The position numbers were made by a program, and so were the translations under genes. Source: Cyanophora paradoxa CCMP329 (Eukaryota; Plantae; Glaucophyta). Taken from it: 64,000 nucleotides of DNA. The notes under the pieces are model-generated. The model did no database searches and was not told the origin of the DNA. It saw only the letters and a list, made by a program, of their open reading frames with translations. Below, piece by piece: positions 1 to 13,875 of this stretch (position 1 is the stretch's first letter; each line of letters begins with the position of its first letter). The stretch lies in contig QPMI01000542.1 of the NCBI GenBank assembly GCA_004431415.1, positions 434,001 through 498,000 on the forward strand, in the 5' to 3' direction.

Positions 1-1351
1 TTTCCTTGGACAATCTTTTCTTTCAGTCGAATGAACCTTCACGTCTACAACAGTAGATTTCATGGGGCTGTGCCCCTAGCCTGGAACTGATGTTCTCCTC
101 CCCGGGCTCAGCCCCTAATGTGAACGCGAAGGCCTTTTTGGAAGTTTTTTGCCTTCGTCCCCCTGCAATATAGATAGGCAGAGGGGGGGGGGGGGGGGGG
201 GGGGCGGGGGGGGGGGGGGGGGGGCTAGGACGAGGGTGCGCGCATAGGTAAGGACGCGCCCGCTCAGGACCCCACGGCGGCGACGGGAGCGGGAGGAGGC
301 CAAGCTGGAGGAGACTCGAACGCGGCGTCGGCAGGGCCCAGCCGGGCCCGTAAGGCCGAGGTTTAGGAGCTTCGGCTCCCCACGTTCGGCCAGCGACGAC
401 CTGCTCCCAACACCCCGCCGCACCCGTGGACTTGGGCGGCGCGATTCAAGACCCAGCGCAACAATCCTGAACCTACCCTCCCATCTCCCCCTCCCCACCT
501 CCTCTCTCAACTCCCCCCCTCACGAGCGACCCGCGGCCATGTTTTAGAACCAGCAAGAGGGCATCTAGGACCGTGTAGCTCAGCATGCCTACGCCTCCTA
601 CTTGAGGACCGGCGCATATTATGTGTTGGGGGCGACCTGTCGGCTACAGCTTCAGCATCAGCTCGACTACGACAACAAGCTATAGAACCGAGCTCGCCCT
701 TTTTCCTCAGTGTAGCTTGGCTTTCCCAGTATCCGGTAGGCGTGGAGCGGGGGACTGCTGTCATGTGTGTACGAATGGAGCAGACTTTCCAAAAAAACAA
801 TCTTCAGTGTCTTCACTAAGTTCACTCTCAGAGTCTCCGACTCTGATGACTCCGAGTCTCGTGCCATGCATGGGTGACGGCGAGTCGCGATCGCGATTCG
901 CGAGAGAGTCGCGATCGCGATTCGCGAGCTGTTCATTCCCTCGGCGATTCGTCGTCGCTCCGCGGCCTCCGCCTGCCTTTTTTGCCGCACTCAGGGAGCG
1001 ACCAATGGGTTTCGAAAGATGTGGCAGTTGTAAATTAAAAAAACCCATGTCCACATTTGTTTTCGACCAATTGCAAAATTCAATCGGGGCAGTTTGTGCG
1101 CAGCGTACCCCCCCGTCCGGGTCCTCCCGCGCGCGCGCGGCGCCGCCGGCGCGGCGCCCGCGCCGGCCAGCCCGCGGCCGGGCCAGGCGCGATCACACTG
1201 TGAGTCTGTGACTCTGTGAGTCGACGTCTGTGACAGCAGCAGCTGCAGCTGGCATCAGCGCCGTATCATAGCACGTGCGCACGCCGCGCGCTATAGCTAG
1301 CGCTGCAGCTGTACTTCTGGCGGAGCGGAGCGGAAGGCGAAATTCGCAGAA

Positions 1352-4300
1352 ATGTCGCTGAACGCGAAGCGGGCGCCGAAGCGTGTGTGCTTCTCGGACG
1401 ACCTGCAGCTGGAGCACCTGCGGCGGGCGGCCTCTGAAGGCAGCGGCGCCGCGGCGTGCGGCTTCGGAGCCTCCGCGGCCGCGCCCGGCAGCAGTCGGAG
1501 CGGCCCGAGGTGCGCACGTGGGGGCGGAGGCCTTGGCCTAGGCCGCGCGGGCGCGAGCGTTACGGCGGCCGCGGCCGACGAGGCGGGGGCGAGCTCGCTG
1601 GACCTGCTCGACGACGCCTTGCTCTCTCGCATCTTTTTGGAGGCCGCCAGGCGCCCCGGGCCCCCCGCGGCCGCGCGCGGCCAAGCGATTCATATTGCCG
1701 CGGCCGCGGGGTTCATCACGGGCCCCGATTTCGACTATGATCTCGAAGGTCGGCCGCGGGCTCCCCGAAAATTGAACGTTACGCCTGTTTCTGCCGCGTA
1801 CAATCGCTCATCGACGCCCTCTCGCAGAGTACTGCGGCCTGTCTGCTCTGGAAAGCCTCCGGCTGGTTTCGAGGCGCTTCCGGCGGGCGGCGGAGGACCC
1901 CGCGCTCTGGAGGTAAGCCGCTTTCGAGCCCTTTTCATGAATTTCGCGCGTTTCCCCGACTCGCGATCGCGTCAATTGCGAGTTGCGCCGTCGCTCACGT
2001 TTCGTTTCGACGTGAACAACGCAGGAACCTGTCGCTCTCGGACAAGGAGGCGGAGCCGGCGTCGCTGCGGCGGCTCGCGTCGGCCCCGGAGGCCGCGCGC
2101 CGCGCCGTCCGCCGCCTCGCCGTCGCCTGCTTCTCGGGGTACCGCGAGGGCATCTGGCTCCGCTCCGAGTTCGGGCCCGATTCGCTCTCCACCATCGCCG
2201 AGGCCTTCCCCCGCCTGCTCTCCCTCAGGTCCTTCCATTTACTTATTTATTTAATTGATTACAGCCATCTCGCCCGAATTTACATGCATATGTATGTGTC
2301 TTACGATGGCTCCGGATCCGGGCGTGCAGTGTGACGGTGACCGGGGGCGACTTCCCGTTTGGGGGCCTCCCCGCCCTCCAGTCGCTCCAGTCCCTCGAGG
2401 AGCTCGAGCTCCGCGCCGAGGGGCAGCTCCGGGACAAGGTGAGATAGATCATTTTGCTTTGATTTTGGTAAACCGCAAACATATATTAATGAATGGACGC
2501 AGGAGGTGACGGCTGCGGACGCGGTGCAGGAGTCCCTCGTCGGCCTCGCCCACTCCTGCCCGCTCCTCCGCTCGCTCCGCCTCTCCGGCGTGCTCGTGAC
2601 CCTCGGCACGCTCCGGCGCCTCGCCTGCGCCCCCGCCGCCCCGTCGCTGCGGTCCCTCCGCCTCGCGGTGCGGGGCGACCTGCGGTCCAGCCGGCGGGAC
2701 ACGGAAGCCGCGGTCCAGGCCCTGGCCTCCTTCCCCGCCCTCGCCCGCCTCTGTTTCGGCGTCGAACGGTTCAACGTACCCGTCTCCATCCCCGCCCCCG
2801 ACCTCGCCCCCCTCTCCGCCCTGCCCCACCTCTCGGGTCCGCGCCTCCCGCCCGTCCCGTCCCGCATTTCCGTGATCCGGTACCCCCCGCAGAGCTCGAG
2901 ATCTCGTCCCCCGTCGATTCGTTCGCCTTCGTACCCCTGCTCGGGGCCCTGGAGTCGCTCTCTGTTCGCGTAACCCCCGGCGAGGTCGACGCGGAGGGCC
3001 TCCGCGGCAGCCCGCCCTCCCTGCGGCGCCTGCGGGTCAGCCGCGCGGCCCCGGCCGGGGGCCCTAGCCATGGCCACGCGCGCGCCCAGCGGGCCCCGCG
3101 CATCTCTTCCGACGAGCCCGTGGCCGGCGCCGGCGCCGGCGCCGAAGCCGAAGCCACGGGCTCGGCGGCCGCGTCCCCCTCGCGATCGTTCTGCGACGTC
3201 GACGCCATCGACCGGACCGACGGCGGCGGCAGCGCTAGCGTCCCTTCCAGCCCCAAATGCGAGGCCGCGAGCTCCCTCCCCTTCGCACTCTCCCGCCTTA
3301 GCTCCGTCGAGGTCCGCCCATCTTATAATTATAATTAAGCTTAAGCTTCAGATGATTGCAGTGATCTGATACGATCTGATCTGACCTGATCATGATCTGA
3401 CGCGCGCGCGCAGGAGCTGGCGCTCTCGCTCCCCGCGTCTGACTTGGAGGAACTGGCCTCGGGCCCGGGCGGCCCCGCCTGCTGGCCCAGCCTGCGCCGC
3501 CTCTCCGTCGCCTGCGCCCCCGAAGCCGACCCGCTCCCGCTGGCGTTCCTCCAGCGCCTGGGGGCCCACGCCCCCGGGCTCGCGTCCCTGACCGCCTGCA
3601 GCCCGCTGCCCCTCACGGACCCGGCGTCTGCCGCGGCCGCCCTCTCCCCGCTCCGCCGCCTCCCCCGCCTCCGCCTCGCCGCCTCCGCCCGGTTCCTCCC
3701 CCCGGGGGCCGGCCCCGCTGTCCCGTCCCTGCCCCCGTCCTCGGCTCCCGCCTCGCCCTCGGCTCCGGCGCTGCAGACGTCGTCGTCGACGTCGGCGTTG
3801 GCGTCGGCGGGCCTGCAGGCGATTGCCGGCCGCCGCCGCGCGCCGCTCAGCTTTCCCTTCCCCTCGTGCCCGGCCGCGGCCGACGGCGACGTCGACGTCG
3901 ACAGCGCGCTCTGCGGCCTCGCGACGCCCCCGCGGCGTACCCGCAGCTTGAAGGTGCGATCGCGAGCGGCACGTGCACCCGACCGATTATAATTATACTA
4001 TGATCGATATACGTTTTAGGCGCTGCTGCGAGGCGCTGAGTTGAAGGCCTAGGGTCGAGGCTGATTCTGATTCTGGGACGCGCAGCTACCAAGCGGGACC
4101 AAGGCGGAAGCTCTGCTGCAGCTGCAGGGCGGCCGGCTGGCGATCGGGACGGCGGCGGCGGCGGCGGCGGGCGGCTGCCGGCGACCCGTGGAGGGGGACT
4201 GGCTGCGGGCCCTCTCGGCCGCCCTACCGGCGACCTGCATTGCCTGCGACTCGCTCGATCGCGAGCTGGGTGCGCGCGCGCATGCGCACACGCACAGACC

Positions 4301-4448
4301 ACCGCCCACGTGAATTCATGATAATTACAAAATTATGCCTGCGACGTCGACGCGCGCGCACCTGACCGTCGGACCACATGTGCATATCGCAGGCACATCG
4401 AGACGGCGCTGCCCCGGCTCCATGTTTATGTGCACCCGCGAGTCATGA
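1352..4448 (+). CDS. Multi-exon F-box/LRR-like protein (3' end approximate)
   Basis: Splicing GT(~1749)..AG(~1827) joins LDLLDDALLSRIFLE to EYCGLSALESLRLVSRRFRRAAEDPALWR, an F-box motif. Later exons carry degenerate LRRs (CPLLRSLRLSG, PSLRSLRL, PSLRRLSV). Downstream exon boundaries are uncertain. Confidence 0.7.
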
Positions 4449-5680
4449 CCATTTATATATATACTAGTAGGTCCTCACTCGCGATCGCACCCGCCTGCGG
4501 TCCCTGTCTCTAATTCATGTCTCTATCGGTGATGTCTCTAATTCAACAGATCCCAGTCAAGTGCTCGCTATATATGCGTAGCGCCGTAGGCCCGGCCGGG
4601 CCCGCGGCGGCGCGGCCGCCAGACTCAAATTTATATATTTTGCAGCACCGAAACCGAAATTAATTATGAATGGAACGGCGAGCGCTAGCCGCGCGGCGCG
4701 CGCGCCGCCCGCCGCGCCTCCGTCCCGCCCGGGCCCGGCCCGCCGGCCCGCGCTCCGCCTCGCCCGCCGAGCCCCGCATGCGCAGCGCTAGCCGCCCGCC
4801 CCGCCCCGGCCGGGTCCGACTCATCCCCGCGGCCGAGCCGCGCAGACGCCTGCGCATGCCGCGCCGCCGCCCGCCGCGCCGGCGCCTCTGCCCCGCCCGG
4901 CGAGCCGCGCCGCCGCCCGCCGCGCCTCCGCCGCGGCGCCTGTTGTCCGCGGCCCGGTGAACCGCGCCTCCAACCGTTGAACCGCCGCGCGCGCGCGCCT
5001 CCGCCCCGCGCGCCAATTGCAAGCTGCGCGCAGCTGCGAGCTCGAGCCGCGTCGGTGTATACGTATACGTACATGTTCGCCGTATACGTACGCGTGCTCC
5101 GCCCGATCGATATCGCGACCCGCTGAGGTGCACGTGCTCAGACGCCGTTGCGCGCCCACCGTGGCACCGACAGCCTGGCCATGGCAGCTGCAGATCTAGA
5201 CCGGCCGCTATTGCAGTGTGTGCGCGCGCTCCCGGCCCGTCCCACCAATTGCAAGTGAGCCGCGCGCGCCGCTAGCTATATAGCGCTAGCGCTGCGCATG
5301 CGCCGCGGCCGCGGCGCCCCTATAGCTAGGCCGGGGGCCGCGTATACGTACGTTCGCCAAGTTGTTGTTGCGCTGTGCCACGGTGCACGTGCGCTGTGCA
5401 TGTACATGTGGCGCATAGCTAGTACTGGCCAGAAGCCCGGGGTACCAGGAGTACTAGGGTACGTCTGGTACCCCGGATAATCCGATGATCGGGGCCGGAT
5501 TTGGCCATATATATATATATATGCTCAATGCTCATATGCATGGACTCCGGATCCGGCCGGCGCCCGAGCTCTCCGCGGCCGGGTCCGCCGGAATCCGGAT
5601 CGACCGTCACGGCGTCGGATGGCTCGAGCTCGGATCAAGTCGACGTCAGTCGGCCCGCCGCCGGCCGGCGGTCCCCGGCG

Positions 5681-6162
5681 TAGGGATATGGCCGGGGGGT
5701 CCGACCACTGGCCAGCGGCCCAGCCCAAGCCGCCAAAGCTCAGCCGCTGGCCCGGCCGGGGCTGGCCGCCAGCCTCCAGCCAGAACTTGGCCGGCCAGCT
5801 GGCGGCCAGCCTCTTACTAGGAGTCCGGGGCTTGGTCGGCCAGGCTGGCCAGCCGGCCAGCCGTAGAGCCCGTCCTGTTTAATGAAAGCCTTGACACAAA
5901 CCCTAGCTATCTTTTCTCTATTTCATAAAAGTTGTTAATAACAAGCGCTGTTGATATTAGCAAGTCCCCCCGTCAAGCCCCACCTCTAGCCTCGAGCCTG
6001 CACCCCAGCCAGCCCCTCTGGCCGGCTGGCCGCCTCATAAAGCCGAAAAGGGCTGGCCCGGCTGGCCGAGAAATTCGAAATCGCCGGGCTGGCCCGGGGG
6101 TCAAAGCCTTATGCCAGCCGGCCAGCTGGTCGGCCAGACGTCGACCAGCGGCCATATCCCTA
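5681..6162. mobile_element. hAT-type MITE (482 bp)
   Basis: 14-bp TIR TAGGGATATGGCCG...CGGCCATATCCCTA; perfect 8-bp TSD CCCCGGCG (5673-5680 and 6163-6170); no ORF. Confidence 0.9.
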
Positions 6163-6696
6163 CCCCGGCGGCGGACCCTCGCCGAGTCGGTCGGCGTCCG
6201 ACGGTCGGACAGGAGGCCTATATATAGCTAGACTCTCGAGTCTGAGACTGATCGATTAATAGACTGACGGCAACTGTATCCACATTGTGGAGTAGTACTA
6301 GTAGTACTAGTAGACCTGTAATTTGTGGAGGTACTGTATAGGGCAACTTCTCAGCCGCGAATTACCGCGGCACCAATTGCAAATTACCGCGTTTTAACAG
6401 ACTTTTGGCGCGTTAATATTAATTTGGTACCGGTACCGCGTTAGTTAAGTGCCCACGGTACTGAAATGCGCGCCCGACGGTACCGGTGCACGTACCGCGC
6501 CGGGGCCGTTGAAGTTAGTTAAAAACGTTGCGCAGTTTTGGCGAAGTACTATTATTTTCATGTACTAAATTAACTTGCAGTACTATGATATCGAGATATA
6601 GAATATCATAGTATATCAGCATAGTATGATGCGGGCGCCCGCACTGCCGCGCGGCAGTCCGACGCAGTCGGCAGCAGCTGGCTGCAGCTAGCCTAG

Positions 6697-7258
6697 TAGG
6701 CTTGCGGCTAGCGGGGCCGCGGCCCGCGGGTCGGCTCGAGCCAAGCCTAGCCAGCCCGAAATTCGGCTCGAGCCGCTAGCAAGCCGGCGCCGGCTTGCGC
6801 ATGCCTCGACCCGGGAGTCGAGCGCCCAAAATTTAAAACCCCGGGCCCTTCGCTACCTCTAGGCTCTAGCCGGCTTGCCCGGCTCGCCTCCTTCGAATTC
6901 CGCATTTTCAAGCTCCTCCCCCCATCCGCTGGCCCGCCATGCAGGCCGGTCTAGCGCTAGCCCACGGGGCTTGCCCCTAGGCCTCCGGGTAGCTGCCAGC
7001 CTGGCAGGCTAGCGCTGGCGGCTCTGATAGCGCTAGCCTCCCGGCCAGTCCGTCCAACCAGCTGCAGGCTAGCCCCCCCGGCTAGCTATAGCAAGCCGGC
7101 TGGCCATGGCGCGGCGTCTCCCCGCGCGCGCTAGCCGGGCTTGCGAGCCAGCTCGACTTGCGAGCGCTAGCCAAAACGACGGCTCGATCGCGAGCCGCCC
7201 GCCAAAGTCCGCTAGCCTAGCCGGCTGGCTAGCTGGCTAGGCTCGAGCCGCAAGCCTA
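6697..7258. mobile_element. hAT-type MITE, second family
   Basis: TIR TAGGCTTGCGGCT...AGCCGCAAGCCTA. Candidate 8-bp TSD GCTGCAGC at 6681-6688 and 7259-7266, with an extra 8 nt (TAGCCTAG) between the left TSD and the TIR. Many internal GCTAGC/GCAAGCCG motifs. Confidence 0.7.
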
Positions 7259-7322
7259 GCTGCAGCTAGCTAGCGCTGCATGGAAATCGATTTCCTGGGT
7301 CCTGACTCCTGAGTCCTGACTA

Positions 7323-7550
7323 CCGTGTAATACTTAATTACCGCGCTGACATAACTACTGCGCTACCATATTACTGCGCTCAAAAGTTTTAGAACGCAGT
7401 AATTTAGTAGCGCAGTAAATGTCTTTTGCTAACACTTTTCTATGGGCGGTTTGATAAGAACGCAGTAATTTGGTACCGCGCTAAAGCGCCTACCGGCGCA
7501 GAAATTTTAGAACGCAGTAATTTGTGGCGCGGTAATTAAGTATTACACGG
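7323..7550. mobile_element. Tc1/mariner-pogo-type MITE
   Basis: TIR CCGTGTAATACTTAATTACCGCG...CGCGGTAATTAAGTATTACACGG, flanked by TA on both sides. Confidence 0.88.
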
Positions 7551-7552
7551 TA

Positions 7553-7830
7553 CCGTAGAGCAGGAAAATATATAGTGGGCCGGAAATTAGTGGACTAGAA
7601 AACTTGGCCCTCCCTTAGGCAAAATACTGGAGCCCGAAATTAGTTGACCAAAATCTTGTCAGGCTTGTTTGGGGCGGTAGTTTTGGGGGGTACTGTATAA
7701 GGCAGCTTAGCAGCAGGGAAAATTGGGAAATACTGGAGCCCGAAATTAGTGGATTGAGTCAAGTTTTCGGTCCACTAATTTCGGGCTCCGGCCACTAATT
7801 TTCTGCGTCCAGTATTTTCCTGCTCTACGG
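7553..7830. mobile_element. Tc1/mariner-pogo-type MITE, abutting the previous one
   Basis: TIR CCGTAGAGCAGGAAAATA...TATTTTCCTGCTCTACGG, flanked by TA; shares TA 7551-7552 with the upstream MITE. Confidence 0.88.
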
Positions 7831-9779
7831 TACTGGACCCCTGGCCCATGGGATCGCCGAGAAGCTGGGTCCCGGAGGTTCCCATATATAATTATAAGCT
7901 TTCAAAGCCAAGCCACCGAGCTGGTCCGGCCGACTCCCGGAGTCCGGCGAGCATATGCGGCCGCCGCCGGGCGCCATGCATGCAAGGGCGCCATCATGGC
8001 ATGCGCATGCGCGCAAGTTTCTCATGATCACATTAAAGAAAAACACATTATTCTAGACGGTGATTCGTTGTGAGTATGTCCATGATTTTTTCGATTCCCA
8101 ATCAAGTTGCGCGCATTCCACCAATCAGCAAGCTTGATACCGCGCGGACACGGCGACGTGTAAGTGCACGTGCACGCAAGCGCACGCACTGCAGCTGGCA
8201 GCTGCCAGCCTGGCCATGGCAGCTGCAGTCCCTGCCACTGCCTGCCACTGGCTGCCAGTTCCGGCCATCCCACGTGCATCACGGTGCATGCGCACGGGCC
8301 GACGCGTACGGTCCCCACATATGCATAGCGCGGTACGGTAATTTGTAACCGGCGCCGGCCGCCGCGGCCGGCGCCGGTGTCGGACTCTCGCCGAGTCGGT
8401 AACCCTATCTCGGACACCGGGACACGCGGCCGGCCTGGCGCCGGGCGGCCCGCCGGCCGGGCCCGCGGCCGGGAGGCCTAGCCTAGTAGGCGGGCGGCGC
8501 CGGGCCCGGGCCGGCGGCCCGCCCTGCCCGGCGCGGCCGGCCCGGGAAACTTCGGAACTTCGGAAATCGGCCGCGGCCGCGGCGCGGGGTCATGAATCAT
8601 GATCACTCAGTGACTGAATGACGATCGAATCCCCAATTCCCGATTGCAAATCTATAAATATACATATGACAATGTGTACTATCACATACTATGATACAAT
8701 CGCAAGTATTATAGTATATATATGACTCAGTTTTCGAGTTAAAAAAGAAAGTTGACATTTTACAGAAAGACTGTTGCCGCAGAGCAATTGGCCCAAGTTT
8801 GGGACCCGCGGACCCGCGCGCGCGGCGCCGGCGGCGGTCCCGCGCGACTCCCGCCGAGTCCCGCGGGCGGCCCGGCGCGGGACGCGATCGATATCGACAC
8901 CGCGCGCGCGAGTGCGCATGCGTCGCCGAGTCGGCGCGGACCCGGGAGTGTACATGCCATGATGTCATGCAGACTGATATCGATCATGCGAGTCATCATG
9001 GCATGCGATGATCATCATGGCATCGGATGCAGCCTGGCAGTGGCCCGGCGGCCGCGGGCACTATGTACTAGTTCTGTCACAGTGTGGCACAGTGGCACTG
9101 CGGCACCCTGGGGTCCGAACTGACGCTCGCGGGGACCCGGGAGTCGGCCCGGCCCCGGCGGCCCGGCCGGGACCCGGTGAGTGGGTAACTAGCTCTAGGC
9201 TCTAGCCTAGTAGGCTCGTAGGGAGCAGCAGCGCCGGCAGCAGCATCCGCTGCAGCGCAGCAGCTTACGAAGCTATACTAAGTTACAGCAGCCTTACAGA
9301 CGCCCCCACCGTGGCACTGGGGCCACTCGAACGCATCAGCCTGGCAGCGGCATCCCGATCGGCTCTTGTCCACCCCGCCTGCACGGAAGGCCGACTTCCT
9401 AAACGTATATTTCAGGGCTTCCACGCACAAATTCGGGCCAAGTGCAGATCTAGAGTGCAGCTGACAGGCTTGGCGAGTTCAATACCGTCGCACTCTTCTT
9501 AGCTCCGATCCAGTTCTGCAGGCCGACCTTGGCTAGATCGTCGCACATATACCAGTTTTTGGATCTGGATCTGGACCGGATCATCCTGTAACGATAAGTC
9601 GCGTTGTTCGACTTCTACGTATACGCGGTGCGCATCCGTAACTCAAATGCGCATGCTGCAGCTGGATCTTTTCGAACGCGGAATTCAAAGTCGGCCTAAA
9701 GCTTTATATGCAACCTGTTACCATGGCCAGTTGATAATCACTCACGCTGTGAACTGCTACACAGATCGCTGAAAGAAAT

Positions 9780-11756
9780 ATGTCAAAGCGGCGAAGGGAA
9801 CTGTCGGAGGTTGATAGCGACGGCGACTTTACTCCGACCTCGAGTCGGAGCTCGGGCGCAAGCGCGCCGTCGCCGAAAGGCGCTGGCACAGCCGGCAGCG
9901 GGCTCTGGAATCAAGAAGATGACGGTGCCCTGCCCATGCGCAGCGATTGCAATTGCAATTGCCGACTGACATCGATTGTGGCTTGCCATCACAGAGAAGC
10001 TCGTAGCTCTCGTGAAGGAGAATGGTATGAAGTGGAGCACCATCGCCGCTAAATTCTCAAATCGAACCGGGAAGCAATGCCGCGAACGTTGGCTGTGCGC
10101 AATTTTTCGTTAAGATGCAAATGACCCAGATATAAATCATTATATCGGAAAACTGTTTCGCGATCTGACGTCGAAAACAGACATGCCCTCGATCCCGAGC
10201 TAAAAAACGACCCTTGGACGGCAGAAGAGGTAATCAGATATATTTATAAATGTCCTTCAGTCGCCATGTAGCAGATCTAGAATTTCATGCGAATGTTGTA
10301 ACGTGCTTATAATTGTCGGACAGGATGAGCTGCTGGTCGAGCTGCACAAACGGATCGGGAATCGTTGGGCAGAAATCGCCAAGTTTATCAAGGGAAGATC
10401 GGACAATTCGATAAAAAACAGGTGATATTTTTTTCGCCTATTGCTTCTGTCATCGACAAGTTTGCCTTAGCTCCATCCATATGCATTGGAATCGCCTATC
10501 TTGCAAATTTCCACTTGCGACTTAATCTTTTCGGATTTTACCGCCATGGCCATTTTTGACACGTTGATTTCCGCAGATGGAACTCGACAATCCGTCGTAA
10601 ATCAAACCGCGAAGGCCGGAGCATGCCGTCTCACCAGGAGATGGCGCAACGTCTCCGAAAGGCACGGGAGCGAGCGGCCGTCCGCGCATTGGGCAGTGGC
10701 AGCGACGGAGCCCCCGCATCAATTTCGGGTGACTTCCAAGGCCAAGCCGACGCCTCGACATCGGAGTCGCCAGCCGCAGCGCAGCTCTCGACCCCCGAAG
10801 TCCCAAACGGGCATCTCACCGTCGACATTCCGCAGTCACGGACGCTGATGGATCTGGACAGAGTAGCTGACGTCGACATTGACATTGAGACAATTGTCGA
10901 CCTCGCAATCGCGGACGTGTCGGCCTGCGCATCGACGGTCGCTGAAATCGACGGCCCCGAGAGCATTCGCTCCGGCCTCAGCTCGGGCACCGGGTCCTCG
11001 ATCTGCTCCGGCTCGGACATCGACCCAACGTCGCCGGGCCTCGAACTCGCGTTTCTCGGCTTTGCCGGCGCCGCGGACGTCGACGAGTTGATCCCTGTCC
11101 AGCCCCTGGCCAACGTACGCGTGGCGCACGTCGCGCATCCGCTCACCATTGTGCCAGCCCTAGCGACGGGCGCTATGCCGCCGTTCTCGCTACCAGGGCA
11201 GCATGTGCAGCTTGCGCAGTTCGGCTCTTCATGCAACCCGTCGACTTCGACATCCCATCACCATGATCAGCTGCAGACTGGCAACGCTTTCGGTCACTCT
11301 GTCTACGGCCATGGCTACGGTTTCTCTGCCGCTGAAGACGGGAACTTGCAATCGCGATCCCATGCACATGTGCGTCACTGCCGATTGCAAATTAAATGTG
11401 TAATCGAATGATGCATTGAGCTTGCTGGCACGGCGCAGGCTGCACCCGTTCGTTTGGCGACTTCGTCTTCGATGCAAACTCCAATGCAGTTCAACTTCGG
11501 CCAACCGAACCCCGTCGACGTGGCCTTCTGCGCGTGTCGCCATCCGCACTGCTGTGAGTGCGAGACGCTGCAGGATCGCCACAGCAGCGGCGTCCCGGTC
11601 TTCACAAGCTTTCCTGAACCCATTGGCAACACTATGCATATGGCTAGCGGCAGCTTTCAACCCCTCTCGAATTTCAACTTCTCCGGACCAGCATCGATCA
11701 GTGTACACGGTAGCTATAGTGCAGTCCAGTTTTCGGAATCACCTTTGCAATTTTAA
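9780..11756 (+). CDS. R2R3-type MYB transcription factor
   Basis: Spliced: [98 protein letters not shown], followed by an acidic/Ser-rich C-terminus; GT-AG introns. Confidence 0.93.
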
Positions 11757-13028
11757 TTTTTGATCATAATTGTGATCACATGATTATGATCTCATGAGCC
11801 TTTCTTAGCGAATGAACGAACATATTTTGGGATATTGCTTGTACAATTGCAAATAGAAGGAGAGGCAAGCGTTGATATACAGTTATGTGCACGTGGTAGT
11901 CCAAATTCTGTTAATTAGCGAAATTGCAGTCAGCGGATTGGAAACATAAATGCATATCATCAATTTGCGATCAATACAACGTGCAATTGCCGCGCCGAAT
12001 TGCAATACAACAATCAAACATGCCTAGGCCCAATTGCAAGTATCAGCACTAGTATCAGTACTAGTACTAGTATAAGTTGCGATTGCACTGTGGCACGTTA
12101 GCGCTTCGAATTCCGGTCCGAAAGTCAGATGGTATTAATTGTCGAATGGTTTTGTCGACGTCGAGCTCATGATCCCAAACATGTACAGATGGACTCTTCT
12201 ATCTAGAATTAAATCTGCGGCTGTCTAAGCTGATCGATATCGATATTGCAAGGGGGGGTACCCCCTCCCTTGCTCCCCTGGTGAGTTGGTGCGGCGTACT
12301 TTCTGTGTTAACATTTTTTGTAAGATGCGATTCTTTGCATGCGCTCTCGTATAGGTGTGATCGCATCGTAGCCGCTGCGAGCGGCGGAAAAAAATGCAGA
12401 GGCGGGGCTGCGCAAACATGTCGAGGTCGCGCCTCACCTGCTATTGCTATATGCGCCGGACCACGTGCTCCTGATTGCTCTCGATGCGCTCTACAAACTT
12501 TGTCATACATGCCCGGGCTCAAGAAGCGGCGTGCGGCGCGCTAGACCGCCTCAAGTACCTGCTGTACCGGGCGCCGCTCCTGAGAGTTGGAGGCGCATCG
12601 AGACTCGAGCAGGGGGAATGGAGGCGATATCGTGTTGCAGTACCCGTGCTTTAAGCCGGCAAGCTAGCCGACAGAGCTGCCATCCGGGCGGCAAATGCAC
12701 TCGGCCGGATCCGGACGAGAGTGCGAGAGTGCAGGAAGAAGGCGCCCGCGACGCCCGCGAGTGCCCCGCGCCCGCCGTCCGCAGCTGCAGATCCGAGCTC
12801 CGCGAATGCGATCTCTTCAAACATGCCACACTCTTGCCAGATGGAAGGCCTAGGTGAGCTCGCGCGCCTCCCGGCAATCCCGAGCTGGGAATGCACACTC
12901 GAGCTCGCCGACGGCTCTGACAAGGCCGCTCGGGTGCAGATCTTGCCATGTCGTTGAGCAACTCGTCTTGCGCATCTTCTAGATCCCATCCGGAAGGCGA
13001 GCTCGCGCGCTATCGGGCGTGCGCCGTC

Positions 13029-13875
13029 GTCGACTCCAGGTTCGCTCCGCCGCTGCTGCTGCGCACCTGACCCGCCCCCGCTGGGCCCGGCGGCCAGGCC
13101 CCGCCCCCGCACGCCCTCTGTCCGGGGCGAGCTGACGCCTCGGTTCGAATTCTGCGCATGCGCAGGCTATAGCTATGCGCGGGTCCCGGCGCCACCCGCC
13201 GCTCCGCCCGCTTCCTAGCCCGCCGCCCTGCCGGCTGCTTCAGCTTCGTCGACTCCAGGTTCGCCCCGCTGCTGCTGCTGCGCACCTGACCCGCCCCCGC
13301 TGGGCCCGGCGGCCAGGCCCCGCCCCCGCACGCCCGCTGTCCGGGGCGAGCTGACGCCTCGGTTCGAATTCTGCGCATGCGCAGGCTATAGCTATGCGCG
13401 GGGCCCGGCGCCACCTGCCGCTCCGCCCGCTTCCTAGCCCGCCGCCCTGCCGGCTGCTTCAGCTTCGTCGACTCCAGGTTCGCCCCGCTGCTGCTGCTGC
13501 GCACCTGACCCGCCCCCGCTGGGCCCGGCGGCCAGGCCCCGCCCCCGCACGCCCGCTGTCCGGGGCGAGCTGACGCCTCGGTTCGAATTCTGCGCATGCG
13601 CAGGCTATAGCTATGCGCGGGGCCCGGCGCCACCTGCCGCTCCGCCCGCTTCCTAGCCCGCCGCCCTGCCGGCTGCTTCAGCTTCGTCGACTCCAGGTTC
13701 GCCCCGCTGCTGCTGCTGCGCACCTGACCCGCCCCCGCTGGGCCCGGCGGCCAGGCCCCGCCCCCGCACGCCCGCTGTCCGGGGCAACTTACGCCTCGCT
13801 CCTTGCGCATGCGCAGGCTATGCGCGGGGCCCGGCGCCACCTGCCGCTCCGCCCGCTTTCCCGCCCGCCGCCGCC
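13029..13875. repeat. Tandem repeat, 219-bp unit x ~3.9
   Basis: GTCGACTCCAGGTTCG recurs at 13029, 13248, 13467 and 13686. Confidence 0.92.

Noticed and set aside
1-1211. Several short ORFs at the window start
   Set aside because: No recognisable motifs or consistent exon structure.
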